From NCBI RefSeq assembly GCF_001194135.2, contig NC_068984.1, forward strand, positions 99,228,660 through 99,261,020: a stretch of DNA of 32,361 nt, read 5' to 3'. Made by a program: the position numbers and the translations under genes. This document shows positions 1 through 11,412 of the stretch, piece after piece (the stretch's first letter is position 1; each line of letters starts with the position of its first letter). The stretch comes from Octopus bimaculoides. Its lineage: Eukaryota. Below the pieces are notes generated by a model. It saw only the letters and a list, made by a program, of their open reading frames with translations. It was not told where the DNA came from and searched no databases.

Positions 1-727
1 AGGGTCGGACTGGAGGCGCCGGAAAGCTCGGAGAATGGTGCATTGGAGGGGTATGGTGGTGGGATGGTAGGTGAGGGGAAAAGGGAGGCGGCAAACGGCA
101 GGGCGGGTTCGGGGGGAGAGAGCAGATGCATGGTCCACGGAACATGCTCTGGCAAGGTCGGTGTGGATGGTGGTGGGTGGATATCCACGCAGGCTAAGTG
201 GCGAGCCATGAGTTGAGACTAAGTCTCAAAGTCATGGCTGTCACTACAGAGTCTGCGTAGACGGAGGAATTGTGAATAGGGGATGGAAAGCTTGGTGTGT
301 TTAGGGTGGGAGGAGGAGAAGTTAAGATAAGAGTGTGAGTCTGTGTGTTTGTAGTGGATGGAGGTGCTAAGAGTGGAGTGGTGGATGCTGACCGAAATGT
401 CAAGAAAGGAGACAGAGGTGTCAGAGATAGTGCAGGAAAAGTGGAGGTAGGATGGAAGGATTGAACAAAAGAGAGGAATGAGTCAAGATGTTCGCGGGAG
501 AGTGAGGTGGCACCGATACAGTCGTCGATATAACGACCGTATAGTTCGGGAGTAGGACCAGTGAAACTTGAGAATATTTGGGCCTCAACATAGCCAACGA
601 ACAGGTTCGCATAGTTGGGGCCCATTCTCGTTCCCATGGCCACTCCCGAGAAATGCTGGTAGAAATCACCCGCGAATGAGAAGCAGTTAAGAGAGAGGAC
701 AAGTTCGGCCAGACGAATGAGTGTGGA
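1..727 (-). pseudogene. Penelope-like element (PLE) reverse transcriptase fragment, disabled
   Basis: Minus strand reads TLIRLAELVLSLNCFSFAGDFYQHFSGVAMGTRMGPNYANLFVGYVE...YGRYIDD (YIDD at 521-532). After a 1-nt frameshift near 449 it continues LHFSCTISDTSVSFLD...YKHTDSHSYLNFSSSHPKHTKLSIPYSQFLRLRRLCS, with an in-frame stop near 222. These are typical PLE RT/thumb motifs. The 5' end is truncated at a microsatellite and the element runs off the window edge. Confidence 0.93.
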
Positions 728-730
728 GAT

Positions 731-733
731 ATA

Positions 734-766
<33 letters not shown>

Positions 767-815
767 CTGTAATTATTTATTATTATTATCATTATTATTA
801 TTGTTATTTAATAAT
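731..815. repeat. Compound (TG)n/(TA)n/(TAT)n microsatellite
   Basis: Directly visible. Confidence 0.9.
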
Positions 816-1833
816 AATATATGCTCCAGATAGAGTACCTAATCCTACTGATCTGGGAATTGAACACAACAGCAATACTTACATGGCTCCGCATGCATCC
901 ATGCATGCGGAGCCATGTAAGCATTGATGTCATGTTCAATTCTCAAAGGGTCAGTCCATCTTTTTTCAGTCAATTGTTTAGATTTGGCTTTAGTCACTCT
1001 ATTTGAAGCATATATTATTATATATAAAAAATATATATTTATATAATTACTGTTATAAAAAGACCTAAGTGGTCACTCTTCTTCATAATGTACAGCCTTC
1101 CAGTTTGTTTATAAATTTATAAGTATACACACACACACACATACATGTATATATTTATACAATACTAATTTTGTGATAATATATCATAATAATAATAATA
1201 TATATACTCCGAATTAAAGTGACATTATCTAACCAATCGACTGAAAAATGATGAGCTTACTCAGGCCAGAATTGAACCCATATATCAATGCTAACACGGC
1301 TCCTTGTGCATCTGCTTGAGCTAGATGCACAGCCATACATTTCAGTCAAATGTTATGTATAGATACTTAACTGTCTAGTATTACATACAATATTTGTAAA
1401 CAAACCCAGAGGCTCAATAAGTTATGGAGAAAGAGTGAATATGAATGTCTTTTTTATGCAATAATAACTATATAATAATATATTACAATGGTAATATATA
1501 TACTCCGAATTAAAATGACATTATCTAAACAATTGTTTACAAATCTTATATGCAATACTAGACAGTTAAGTATCTCTACGTAAAATTTTTGACTGAAATT
1601 CATGGGTGCACATCTGGCTCAATTGGATACACAAGGAGCCGTGTTAGTGTTGATATGTGGGTTTGATTCTAGCCTGATTAAGCTCTTCATTTTTCAGTCA
1701 ATTGTTTTGATAATGCAGCTTTAATTTGGAGTATATATATTATTATGATATATTATTATATAGTTATTATTGTATAAAAAAGATTTTCGTAGTCGCTCTT
1801 TCTCTGAAACTTATCAAGTCTCCAGATTTATTT

Positions 1834-1840
<7 letters not shown>
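810..1840. repeat. Array of a ~296-bp unit with pol III A/B-box-like motifs, in alternating orientation
   Basis: 1154-1403 is the reverse complement of about 1533-1778. 1404-1532 is the reverse complement of about 1705-1835. 901-1110 is a diverged direct copy of about 1630-1840. TATATACTCCGAATTAAA recurs at 1201 and 1497. A-box-like TGGCTCAATTGG lies at 1615-1626 and B-box-like GTTTGATTC at 1661-1669 (GTTCAATTC in the other copies). Confidence 0.75.
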
Positions 1841-1864
<24 letters not shown>

Positions 1865-2529
1865 NNNNNNNNNNNNNNNNNNNNNNNNNNNNNNNNNNNN
1901 NNNNNNNNNNNNNNNNNNNNNNNNNNNNNNNNNNNNNNNNNNNNNNNNNNNNNNNNNNNNNNNNNNNNNNNNNNNNNNNNNNNNNNNNNNNNNNNNNNNN
2001 NNNNNNNNNNNNNNNNNNNNNNNNNNNNNNNNNNNNNNNNNNNNNNNNNNNNNNNNNNNNNNNNNNNNNNNNNNNNNNNNNNNNNNNNNNNNNNNNNNNN
2101 NNNNNNNNNNNNNNNNNNNNNNNNNNNNNNNNNNNNNNNNNNNNNNNNNNNNNNNNNNNNNNNNNNNNNNNNNNNNNNNNNNNNNNNNNNNNNNNNNNNN
2201 NNNNNNNNNNNNNNNNNNNNNNNNNNNNNNNNNNNNNNNNNNNNNNNNNNNNNNNNNNNNNNNNNNNNNNNNNNNNNNNNNNNNNNNNNNNNNNNNNNNN
2301 NNNNNNNNNNNNNNNNNNNNNNNNNNNNNNNNNNNNNNNNNNNNNNNNNNNNNNNNNNNNNNNNNNNNNNNNNNNNNNNNNNNNNNNNNNNNNNNNNNNN
2401 NNNNNNNNNNNNNNNNNNNNNNNNNNNNNNNNNNNNNNNNNNNNNNNNNNNNNNNNNNNNNNNNNNNNNNNNNNNNNNNNNNNNNNNNNNNNNNNNNNNN
2501 NNNNNNNNNNNNNNNNNNNNNNNNNNNNN
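1865..2529. other. Assembly gap (N run)
   Basis: Run of N, preceded by (TA)n. Confidence 1.
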
Positions 2530-3645
2530 ACAACAGAAAGTCATGGAACAACATTGTTGATTTGGTGCATGCTGGGCACACTGCCAATAAAATTAAGTTG
2601 ATGAAACTTCCAAATGCAACAGTTTATCATGTGTATAAACAATTTAAAGAAAAGGGAAAGATTGATAGAAAAGAACACAAGACTCAAAGTGATTCCAAGC
2701 ACTATCAAAAGTTTCTCACTGGCCTCAAATGCTTTACTGAAGCCAACCCATCCACATCCATGACAACTCTTGCAAAGAAACACAATGTGTCCCTTTCCAC
2801 AGTGACAAGAGCTGTGAACAGGAACCTTGGTATGACTAGCTATGTTTGATGATGCTGTCACCTCCTAACAGGCAAGTCCAAAGCAATCAGAGCTGAGAGA
2901 TGGCCAAAGCTTCTGTCATTCATCAAGCATCAAGATGCAGGAAAAACTCTTGTGTTTGTAGATGAGAAGTTCACTGTGGATGCTGAAGTGAATTGTAGAC
3001 ATTCGCAAGAGATTGCATTCAACCTTTCTGACATCCCCACTGTGATCTTGTCTTTGTGAGGGTATTTGGAACCGTGGTGAGTGATGGAAGTATTGTGAAT
3101 CCACATCTCATTGAGTCTGGCTTGAAGATCGGCACAAAGGAGTATCTGGACATCCTGAAGAACTCTCTGTTACCTTGGTTGGCGCAAAAGTTTGGGCTTC
3201 ACAATGTGGTGCTTATCCAGGATTCTGCACCATGCTATGGGTCAAAACCAACACAGGCCTCCCTTGATGAGAAGGTCCCATATTTTGGCAAGGGCCAACA
3301 TCTAGCCCAGTAACAGCCCACATATCTACCTTCTAGATTATTTCTTATGAGGTGTACTTCAAACAAGGACCAATGCTTCACTACACTCGATTGTCAACAG
3401 TTTGAAGACATGTATCGTGCATGCAACATGCAAAATCAAAGAGGCAGAGGTTGTGGCAGCTGAAAAAATTTCATTCTTGTTTGAAGGCAGTAATTGCCCA
3501 AAAGAGTGGCCATATTGAGTGGTAAATGTTTTTTGTCTTAATAAATGTTACATTAAAATTATATCTGCCTAATACCATTATTTTAGTATTTATAACTAGT
3601 TTTAAGCATCATGAAAAATTGTATCAATTAATCTGCAAGACCCTG
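2530..3645 (+). mobile_element. Tc1/mariner superfamily, DD37D (maT) transposon remnant
   Basis: Decayed transposase: HTH region, LVFVDEKFTV (first D), LIQDSAP (second D), then PSNSPHIYLLDYFL (third D) 37 residues later after correcting a +1 frameshift. It ends LKAVIAQKSGHIEW* at 3523-3525. A probable right TIR ends ...CTGCAAGACCCTG at 3645; the left end is lost in the gap. Several stops and frameshifts. Confidence 0.9.
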
Positions 3646-3647
3646 TG

Positions 3648-3648
<1 letters not shown>

Positions 3649-3700
<52 letters not shown>
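3649..3700. repeat. (TG)n microsatellite
   Basis: Directly visible. Confidence 0.95.
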
Positions 3701-3742
3701 ATATACATATATTTAAATACATACACAGACACACATATATAT

Positions 3743-3855
3743 AAAGTGGTGGTTTGTTGCCAACTTAGTGTGGCAGTCTCAGGAAAGGGGAAAATGCTAT
3801 TGCTATTTAGTCCCAGGAAACATCGTTTCCAGTTGGCTATGTGACACAAACGTTC
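3743..3855. repeat. Unclassified dispersed repeat, copy 1 of 2
   Basis: About 110 bp (AAAGTGGTGGTTTGTTGCCAACTT...CAGTTGGCTATGTGACACAA), similar to 7151-7262 in the same orientation. Confidence 0.8.
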
Positions 3856-3912
3856 TGTGTCCTTAAGTTTTCAAACAGGGGAGATAAGCACCTCCACCTG
3901 GCAAAGCCAGCA

Positions 3913-3955
3913 TCCAGAGACTAGTTTTAGAGTCATTGCTCTTCATCAGTCTGGA
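3913..3955 (-). ncRNA. Minimal type I hammerhead ribozyme motif, probably inactivated (G12 to A)
   Basis: Minus strand: TCCAGA-CTGATGA-AGAG caatga CTCT-AAAA-CTAG-TC-TCTGGA. Stem I is 6 bp, stem II is 4 bp, stem III is the palindrome ACTAGT and the triplet is GTC. GAAA is replaced by AAAA. Confidence 0.75.
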
Positions 3956-4118
3956 GTAGCTTGCCTTGCTAGCTGAATTCTTTATTACAATGATATATAT
4001 CGAATAAAGAAGGAACATTAACAGGACAATACAAACAAAAAAATATTATCATGAGTTCGAATTAACCTTACATTTAAAAATTGGATGATAATATATATAT
4101 ACATACATATACAATATA

Positions 4119-6660
4119 TGTTTTTTTTTTTCCAAGAGGGGGTACACCCAGCAGCCTGAGGGGCCCAGTGGCTATCCTTTCTTTTTCCAATGCTGATTAA
4201 ATTGGGTTACTAGCACCCACCTTTCTCATCACAGCCTTCCATCATTTCTCAAACATACTTTGTGACAGGATTCTCCTCTCCAGCCTTATCTTGCTCTTCA
4301 GATGGCATCTGAAGTAAAGTAGTAAACCAGGGTCGGAGATGAAGGATCCCATCATGAATCCTTGCATTCTCGTCCTCCATACACACTCTTTCAGCACTGC
4401 AACTGTACAGAGAAAACATGCCTCACCTTCCTTCGGGAGTCCAGTTGGCGGTACCATCTTTACTATAGATTCAGCTGATAGCTGTACTCTCCCTAGATGC
4501 AACAACACGTGTTCTACGTAAATCATCAAGCTTGACAGCTCCCGACATTGTACAAAAGCATGCTGCATGGTTTTGTCATCCAGCCCACATCTTGGACATG
4601 TCAGTGGCATTGACATTCCATGCCTGGATAGCTTATCGCGAACAGGTAAAGCATTCCTGTAACACTGCCAGGTCAGGGATTTTTGGTAATTATCCAAATA
4701 TCCTAGCCCGAAAGTATTTTTGAACAGGTTGGCGAGTTGGTTCTCATCGAACCCCAGAGCCCCTCCTAGGACATCATCATTTTTGTACTCTACCAGCCCT
4801 CTATAGAACACTGAGGTGATATTCCCCCTGCTGGCCTTGCCCACCTTGTGGATAAGCATGAGTGCCTGTCAGCACTCCTTTTGCCATACAGTCAGATTAC
4901 ATCTTTTAATGAAACCAGGTTTAAATCTCTCCATAGAGGCTGGTTGCAGGAAGAATTTCTCTGCCAGTGGACTCCACACCTTATCACCTTCCAGGTGGCA
5001 CTAGAGATGTTTCAGCCTCAATGTATATATGCACATCATTAGCCACAGCATTCTTAACCCACCTTTTTACAGTTCCTGGAAGCAACTGAAGCACCTCACA
5101 AGTGGCTTTCCTCCTTTCCACAAAAAGCAGAAAAGGAGTCATTCCAACTTGTTTAGCCACTAATCAGGGCAAGGGACAATGGTCAGGTGGTAAGTGATTA
5201 CAGATGCAATAAACACCTGTACCATCTCTGCCCTTCCTTTCAAGGACAGAGCCCTTCCAGACCAAGTCCAGACTAGTGCCTCCACCCTGTCTGCCACCTC
5301 GCTCCAATTCTTCTCCATCTGGGACTCCAGTCCAAACCAAACTCCATGCAACTTAACAGGACCATCTGTCCAGTGACCCACAACACTGGATGATATCGAC
5401 TTGCTCCTCCAGGTGCTGAGGCACAAGCTGATGGACTTGTCCTTGTTAACTTTTGCCGCTGCCACCACCTCGTATCCTCTGATAGCATCTTCTACACAAT
5501 GTAGTTATGCCTCGTTGGACACGATGAAGGTGACGTCATCTGCATAAGCAGAAACAGACTTATCGCATCCAATTTCATTAGGGTTTCCTCCTAACTTCTC
5601 CAACTTCTGCAGCAATGGCTCAAGAGCCAACACATACAGAAGTGGAGACAAGGGACACCCTTAGCGAACTGAATGCTTGGTCGAAACCAGCTCTGTTAGG
5701 TAACCGTTAATCTGGACTCTGGACTTGATGCCACTGCACATAGCAGGGATCCACTCGCGAAAGCCCGTGCCCAGCCCAACCACTTTGAGGACCGCCGCCA
5801 GGTACCAATCAAATGCTTTACTTTGATCTAAATGGACCATTGCCCCACCTTTGCCGGATAATTTACCAAACCTGTCTAGGGTGTAGCGGATAAGGTGAAG
5901 ATTGTCCTGGATCGACCTGCCTGCAATTGCACATATCTGTGCCTTCCCTACAAATTTTACAAATTTCTCCACGACAGCCGTCAACCTTTTCGCTAAAACC
6001 TTGGCCAAAATCTTTAACTCTACATTAACCCATTACCTACCAGTGATCTCATATGAGATCACTTAAAAGTTACAAATTTCGTAATTATCTGTCAATATTT
6101 ACACATATCTAACCTTTTTACTATATCTACTAGGAATATTTCTCTGATATTCATATGAGGTTTGCTAATTTTTCACCCAATATCTCGCTTATTTCTATTT
6201 AAAATGTTATTTTGAAATATTATTTTGAAATGTTATTTTGATCATTCCAGAGTGTTTCTAAGGCTGTTTTATGCTAGGAATCAAAGTTTCATAAAAAAAA
6301 TTCCGGTTAGTAGAATTATGGGAGATAATGGGTTAAGTAGAGCTATGAGCCTGTAATTGCTAATACTATCCCTCTTGCTTGGGTCTTTCTGGATCAGCAT
6401 CACCACTCTCCAGCTCACAGAACTGGGAATCCTCCCATTCTGTTGCCAGTTTGTATAGACGCCTGCCAGTATATCCCTGAACAAATCTGGCATACAACGA
6501 TGAAACTCATAGGGCAGACCATCCAGCCCTGGCGACTTTTCCCCAGGGCACTCAGCCAACACCTCTTTCATCTCTGCAGGAGTGATTGGTCCTTCACAGC
6601 ACTCCACCTCACATGCTGAGAGTCGCAGCCCACCAGCTAGGAAGTCCATTAAGGCCTCCC
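4119..6660 (-). mobile_element. 5'-truncated Tx1/L1-clade LINE (RT plus C-terminal Cys region), disabled, interrupted by a MITE
   Basis: KSPGLDGLPYEF, NYRLIALLN, LDQSKAFD, GCPLSPLLY, YADD (5535-5546) and C-terminal CPRCGLDDKTMQHAFVQC. A 3' A-tail appears as a T run at about 4119-4130. Multiple stops and frameshifts. The 5' boundary is approximate. Confidence 0.93.
6029..6332. mobile_element. piggyBac-type MITE (304 bp)
   Basis: TTAA at 6025-6028 and 6333-6336, with termini CCCATTA...TAATGGG. Removing the insert restores the LINE frame (CTA CTT AAT GTA = LLNV). Confidence 0.9.
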
Positions 6661-7150
6661 CTTGCTCAAAACTGTTTCTCCTTGGTATCCTGCTGGTTCA
6701 CAGTTGTATTTTCTCTTCCCATCTTGGGAAAGTCCTTTTTTGACGAAAGGTCGAATTCCAAATCAAAACTTGTCACGAATGACAAGAAAAATTTTCAGAA
6801 AAAATAAACCGTAAAGGGTAAAAAAAATAAACAGTTCACAAAATATTTTGAATAAAAATTAACAGAAATTTTCTGCCCCATAGGGCAAAAATTACTGTTT
6901 ACCAAAAGACAACAGTTCAAATTCAGGTAAGGTATATAACAGATAACACAAATGTACAAGAAACGAAGTCACATAACGCAGGGTAGCAAAATGAAGATAA
7001 CAACGTGTCACAGAAGAAAAAGGCATGGTTTTCTAGCTGTCGATGCTTATTTGCCTTTGGAAACTTATAGAATTTCAAGTGAAATAAATTCACTGATCTA
7101 CAAAATTAGAAATATTGCATTTCTAAATCTCTCAGAGAGACTTATACAAT

Positions 7151-7262
7151 AAAGTGATGGTTTGTTGCCAACTTAATGTGACAGTCCCAGGAAAGGGAAG
7201 AATGCTACTGCTATTTAGCCACAGGAAATATCATTTCCAGTTGGCTATCTGACACAAGTGTT
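7151..7262. repeat. Unclassified dispersed repeat, copy 2 of 2
   Basis: Similar to 3743-3855. Confidence 0.8.
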
Positions 7263-7298
7263 CTTCCCTTTCCTTGGCCATGTGACACAAGCATTCTT

Positions 7299-7406
7299 CC
7301 CAGATGCCACAGCAGAAGACACTTGCCAAAGATGCCATGCAGTGGAACTGAACCCAAAACCATGTGGTGACGAAGCAAGCTTCCTAACCACACAGCCATA
7401 TTTGCC
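7299..7406 (-). mobile_element. tRNA-derived SINE head (family A)
   Basis: A-box-like TGGCTGTGTGG and B-box-like GGTTCAGTTCC on the minus strand. Homologous to 18369-19021 and 25400-25525. Confidence 0.8.
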
Positions 7407-8099
7407 TACTATATCTGTCTCTATCTAGGTCGTCCTTCAGGATGCCCCAAATATATATATTATTTTCCAGAGTGTGAAGGATGAAACTGGGACACACACA
7501 CACACACGCACACTTACACGCACACACTCTCACACAAACACATACACATTTATACAACTGTGTACCTCAAAACATAACATGTAACATCAGAATCTCTATC
7601 TGTCTTCTCTATCTTTCTGCTTAGCCATTCTTAACTACAAGTCCAAAACTGCTCTCTCTCTCTCTCTCTCTCTCTCTCTAACTTCCAATCTAAGAAAGAA
7701 ACAGAAAGAAATTCCTGAGATTGCCTCTCTGGTACAACAACAACACTACTCAAGGTTAATTGCACACGCAATTTCACCATTGTGAATTTTGTAAATTAAA
7801 ATCAGCCAGTATGAAATCGTTAAAGGTCTACTTGTTAAGACTAACAGCAGTTACTCAAATGTCATTATATACTCTGTTCAATAGTCTGCTATGCTAGAAT
7901 TCCTAATAAGGAAATTAACATCCAGAACAATGTCTTATTGTCAATTTAGAACTGTTCAGTGATTTCAATTTGTTCACCTGAAATACATACCAAGTTCTTG
8001 TTTTGTCTTAGCTTTCTCTTTCTGTTTCAATTTATATTTATTAATTATTTAGTTTTATTTTTTAATAGAATTTTCTGAGAAGACTTTTTTTTCTTTAGT

Positions 8100-8345
8100 T
8101 TTTAATTTTTCTCTTTTCCTTCTTTCTCTGTGTGTCACTCCTTGTTTCCATTCTCTCTTTTCTCTCCCTCTTCACTCCCTTGTCTCTTTCCTTCCCTTTT
8201 TCTTCTCCTCTCCTCTTCTTCCCCTCTCTTCTCTTCCTTCCCTCCCCTTTCTCTTTTTCTTCTCTCTCTCACCCCCTCTTCTCTTCACTCCTTTTCTACT
8301 TACTCTCCTTTCATGTAATTTCTATTTCTTATTTGTTTTTCTAAA
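8100..8345. repeat. Pyrimidine-rich (C/T) low-complexity tract
   Basis: About 245 nt, almost entirely C/T on the plus strand. Confidence 0.9.
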
Positions 8346-8481
8346 ACTTTTCATTATTCTGAAGAAAAAGACAAAACAAACAAAAAACATAAATATAATA
8401 AAATGAAGACATTAAAGAAATATAGAAGAGAAGTTTTTGTTAGATTTATTCCTGGCCATTATTTAGTTTAGTTTGGTATGC

Positions 8482-8516
<35 letters not shown>

Positions 8517-8869
8517 TTAATTTTTATTTTGCTATATTGAATAGAGAAGAGAAAAAACTTTACTCTGTGATGAATCATAAATAAAGGTGTGGTGGGAGGG
8601 AACTCCAAACCGTGATGTATTATAAATATTGCACTAAGAGACCTAACTATAGCAGCCGTAATATATTTTTTTCTTAATTAATTGCTAATTGGATCTTAGC
8701 AACAGGTTCTCAGAGATGATTGATGCTTCTCACTTTCATTTGTCATATTTTGGTAATAAAGAATAAGGATAAATAAATGTAATTTTTTTATCTAATTCTT
8801 TTACCTGACCTTCCTTAACTGTAGTTACAGGAAGGTTTGGCTGGGAAAGGTAATAAAAAAATAAGAATA

Positions 8870-9540
8870 CTAGAAATGTGCTATGAGGACCAGTCAGACA
8901 GCAAATGTAGAATCTGCAGGAAAAGAGATGAGAGTATCAATGACATTTTGAGTGAGTGTGGTATATTAGCACAAAAGGAATAAAAGTGCAGACATGACTG
9001 TGTAGGCAAAAGGTTACATTGAGATGCTTGTCGAGTATGTGGTTTCAAAACAGCAGAAAAGTGGAATGAATGCAATTGAGAGGTTGTGGTAGAAAATGAG
9101 ATTTACAAGATTTTGTGGGATTTCACCATAAAAACTGACCATACTATTGAAGGAAGAAGACCAGACATGATTATAAAGGATAAAATAAACAAACAGTGCA
9201 AAATCATAGATTCTGAAATTCCCTATGATAGCAGAGTCAATACCAGAGAAGTGGAAAAAAAAATGAGAAATATCAGGATCTAGCCAGAGAGCTCAGAAGA
9301 CTGTAGAAGACCAAGACAACAAGTATTCCTCTAGTAATAGGTGCAGTTGGCACAACATCCAAAATGCTTCCTAAAAGACTGAAAGAAATTGTTCGAATTG
9401 AAACTCGCATTGTTAACCTGCAAAAAAGTATTGTCCTATATTCTGCTAGAAACCCAAGAAAGATTCTTGAGATTCGAAGAGACTTGTTGTCACCAAACCT
9501 CAATATAAAATACCTGCTAACTAAATTAGCATGCACTCAC

Positions 9541-9575
<35 letters not shown>
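8870..9575 (+). mobile_element. R4/Dong-type non-LTR retrotransposon 3' fragment (CCHC knuckle plus restriction-like endonuclease), disabled
   Basis: DSKCRICRKRDESINDILSEC...RHD, KILWDFTIKTDHTIEGRRPDMII, KYQDLARELRR, IPLVIGAVG, then a short 3' UTR and a (TAA)n tail at about 9543-9575. This fits the known TAA-repeat targeting of Dong/R4 elements. Confidence 0.88.
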
Positions 9576-9577
<2 letters not shown>

Positions 9578-9579
9578 TA

Positions 9580-9735
9580 ATGGTTTCAAATTTTGACACA
9601 AGGCCAGCAATTTCAAGGAATGGGTAAGTTGATTATATAGACCCTAGTGCTCAACTGGTACTTATTTCTTGACCTTGAAAGGATGGACAGCAAAGTTGAC
9701 TTTGATGATATTTGAACTCAGTGTAAACACAAATA
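9580..9735 (-). mobile_element. tRNA-derived SINE (family B), partial
   Basis: Shares the ...TAAGTACCAGTTGAGCACT... core and the ...AAATTTGAAACCATT tail with copies at 11413-11629 and 12160-12372. Confidence 0.75.
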
Positions 9736-10245
9736 AAATGCTACTGTAATAATTTGATCTGATACTAGAATAAAGTAGTTAATGAGGTCATGACCCTGCT
9801 AATTATTATTGGGACTCTGGAAAATGTGACAAAGAGTTTGAGAATAAATCTTGGATATAGTGTAGAAAACCTGTTTATGTAGTTCAGCAAGATTTATTCA
9901 GAAAATCCTCATGGCAAAGTAAGAACTGAAATGAAGATACAAATTCCTCCTCTTCTTAGACCATAATTTGTTGTTCCATAGGAAACATAATTAAACTGAA
10001 CATATACTAATACCATGCAGCCACAGAACAATAAAATGATTATAATCTTTTCATTATTTACTATAAATGCAAAGGATAAAAGGGACATTACGAGACAAAA
10101 GTTGCTAAAACCATGAGTGGGAGCAGTACATAGAATTGATTAAGAAAACAAAAAAGAACTTGTCTAAAAATAACAGTATAATAAAAGAAAATTAACATCC
10201 CAACCTAGGCATCACCACTTAGAGGCCAATTTAGGAAGTCCTTAC

Positions 10246-10305
10246 CACAAATCCAGTATCACCCTGCTAAACAAGGTTGTCCTTTTAGCTGCTTTGTTTT
10301 TCAGC
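10246..10305 (-). CDS. Speculative 60-nt internal exon (phase 2-2), LKNKAAKRTTLFSRVILDL
   Basis: Acceptor CATCTTCTTTAG and donor TG/GTAAGG, open frame, phase-compatible with 12755-12976. No recognised homology. Confidence 0.15.
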
Positions 10306-10370
10306 CTAAAGAAGATGTCTGTCATCACTAATTGCAGACAAAGCAGCTGCTTTAGTCTTAGGCCCTAGAG

Positions 10371-10600
10371 CACTGGTTCTCAACCATTTTATTACCTATG
10401 GACCCCTCTGATTCGTATGTCATTCAAGCAGACCCCATAGCCATTTGATGTTTAAAAAATCCAATCATATTTTTATAATTAAATATAAGAAATTGTATAA
10501 AAATATTGTTAAAATATTTTGTCTATTGTAGAAGAATAAGCAACCTATTGCATATGAACTTTAAAAAAAAATTTATATGGACCCCAGTTGAGAACCACTG
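10371..10600. mobile_element. hAT (Charlie-like) MITE, 230 bp
   Basis: TIRs CA(C/G)TGGTTCTCAAC and a perfect 8-bp TSD CCCTAGAG at 10363-10370 and 10601-10608. Confidence 0.95.
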
Positions 10601-10878
10601 CCCTAGAGAATCATACATTTGCGACTGGGTTAAAGTTAATTATAGTATTCCCAGTACACAAGTTGTACATATTTCATTGACCCCAGGAAAATGAAATGTT
10701 AAGCTGACTTGAACTTAAAACTGAATAGCAGCAGGTATTTTGGTTTTGCCATTCACTGTTCTTCATTGATATAAGAATGTCTAACTGCTGTACAGAAACA
10801 TATATCTTGGTGCCAGGTAGAGTTGCAGGAATTAACCACACTTATTTCATAATTTCTCAAAAGGATGAAACTGAAAGT

Positions 10879-11097
10879 TTCTTTAGTATTCAGATTAATC
10901 TATCAAATGTAATGCTTATTCAATCACACTGTTCTTAATTAATCATGCATTATCTCATAGCTTTGAAATTTTGATGATGTGATTGCTTACTTTTAGAATG
11001 ACATGCAGGTTAGGTGTGAGAAGCTGGATCTGGCTGATTTGAACATAAAACAGGTAGAATATCTGAACCAGATGTGGCCAGTTTAAATGCTAAAGGG
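10879..11097. mobile_element. piggyBac-type MITE, left end decayed
   Basis: Right end AATGCTAAAGGG followed by TTAA (11098-11101). The left end CTTTAGTATT is a degenerate inverted copy. Confidence 0.65.
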
Positions 11098-11194
11098 TTA
11101 AACAGAAATTGAATTCAGAACATTTATGAATGATACATTTTGCAAGAATTTAAAGGAACCTACGTTATGCTCAATTGTTTATTTTAATAATCAT

Positions 11195-11390
11195 TTACAA
11201 TTTAGGTACAAAGCAATAGATTTGAGGAGAGGGGCTTAGCCTAGTACGTGACTGGTATTTTATTTTATCAATCACAAATGGTTAAAAGGCAAAGTTGACC
11301 TCGACTGTACTTGAATTGGAGCATAAAGAGCAAGAAGAAATCCTGTAAGGGACATTTTTCCAATGTTCTAATGATTCTACCAGCCTGTTG
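11195..11390 (-). mobile_element. SINE family B, degenerate
   Basis: Diverged match (GGCAAAGTTGACCTCG...GATTCTACCAGC) to other family B copies. Confidence 0.6.
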
Positions 11391-11412
11391 CTCTAGTTTC
11401 TACTAAATATTG

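Noticed and set aside
1605-1680. Functional tRNA gene
   Set aside because: A and B boxes are present, but I could not fold a convincing acceptor stem or anticodon arm. Treated as tRNA-derived repeat.
1726-2849. Long ORFs spanning N runs (also 29337-30155)
   Set aside because: Artefacts of assembly gaps. Only the transposase part after 2530 is meaningful.
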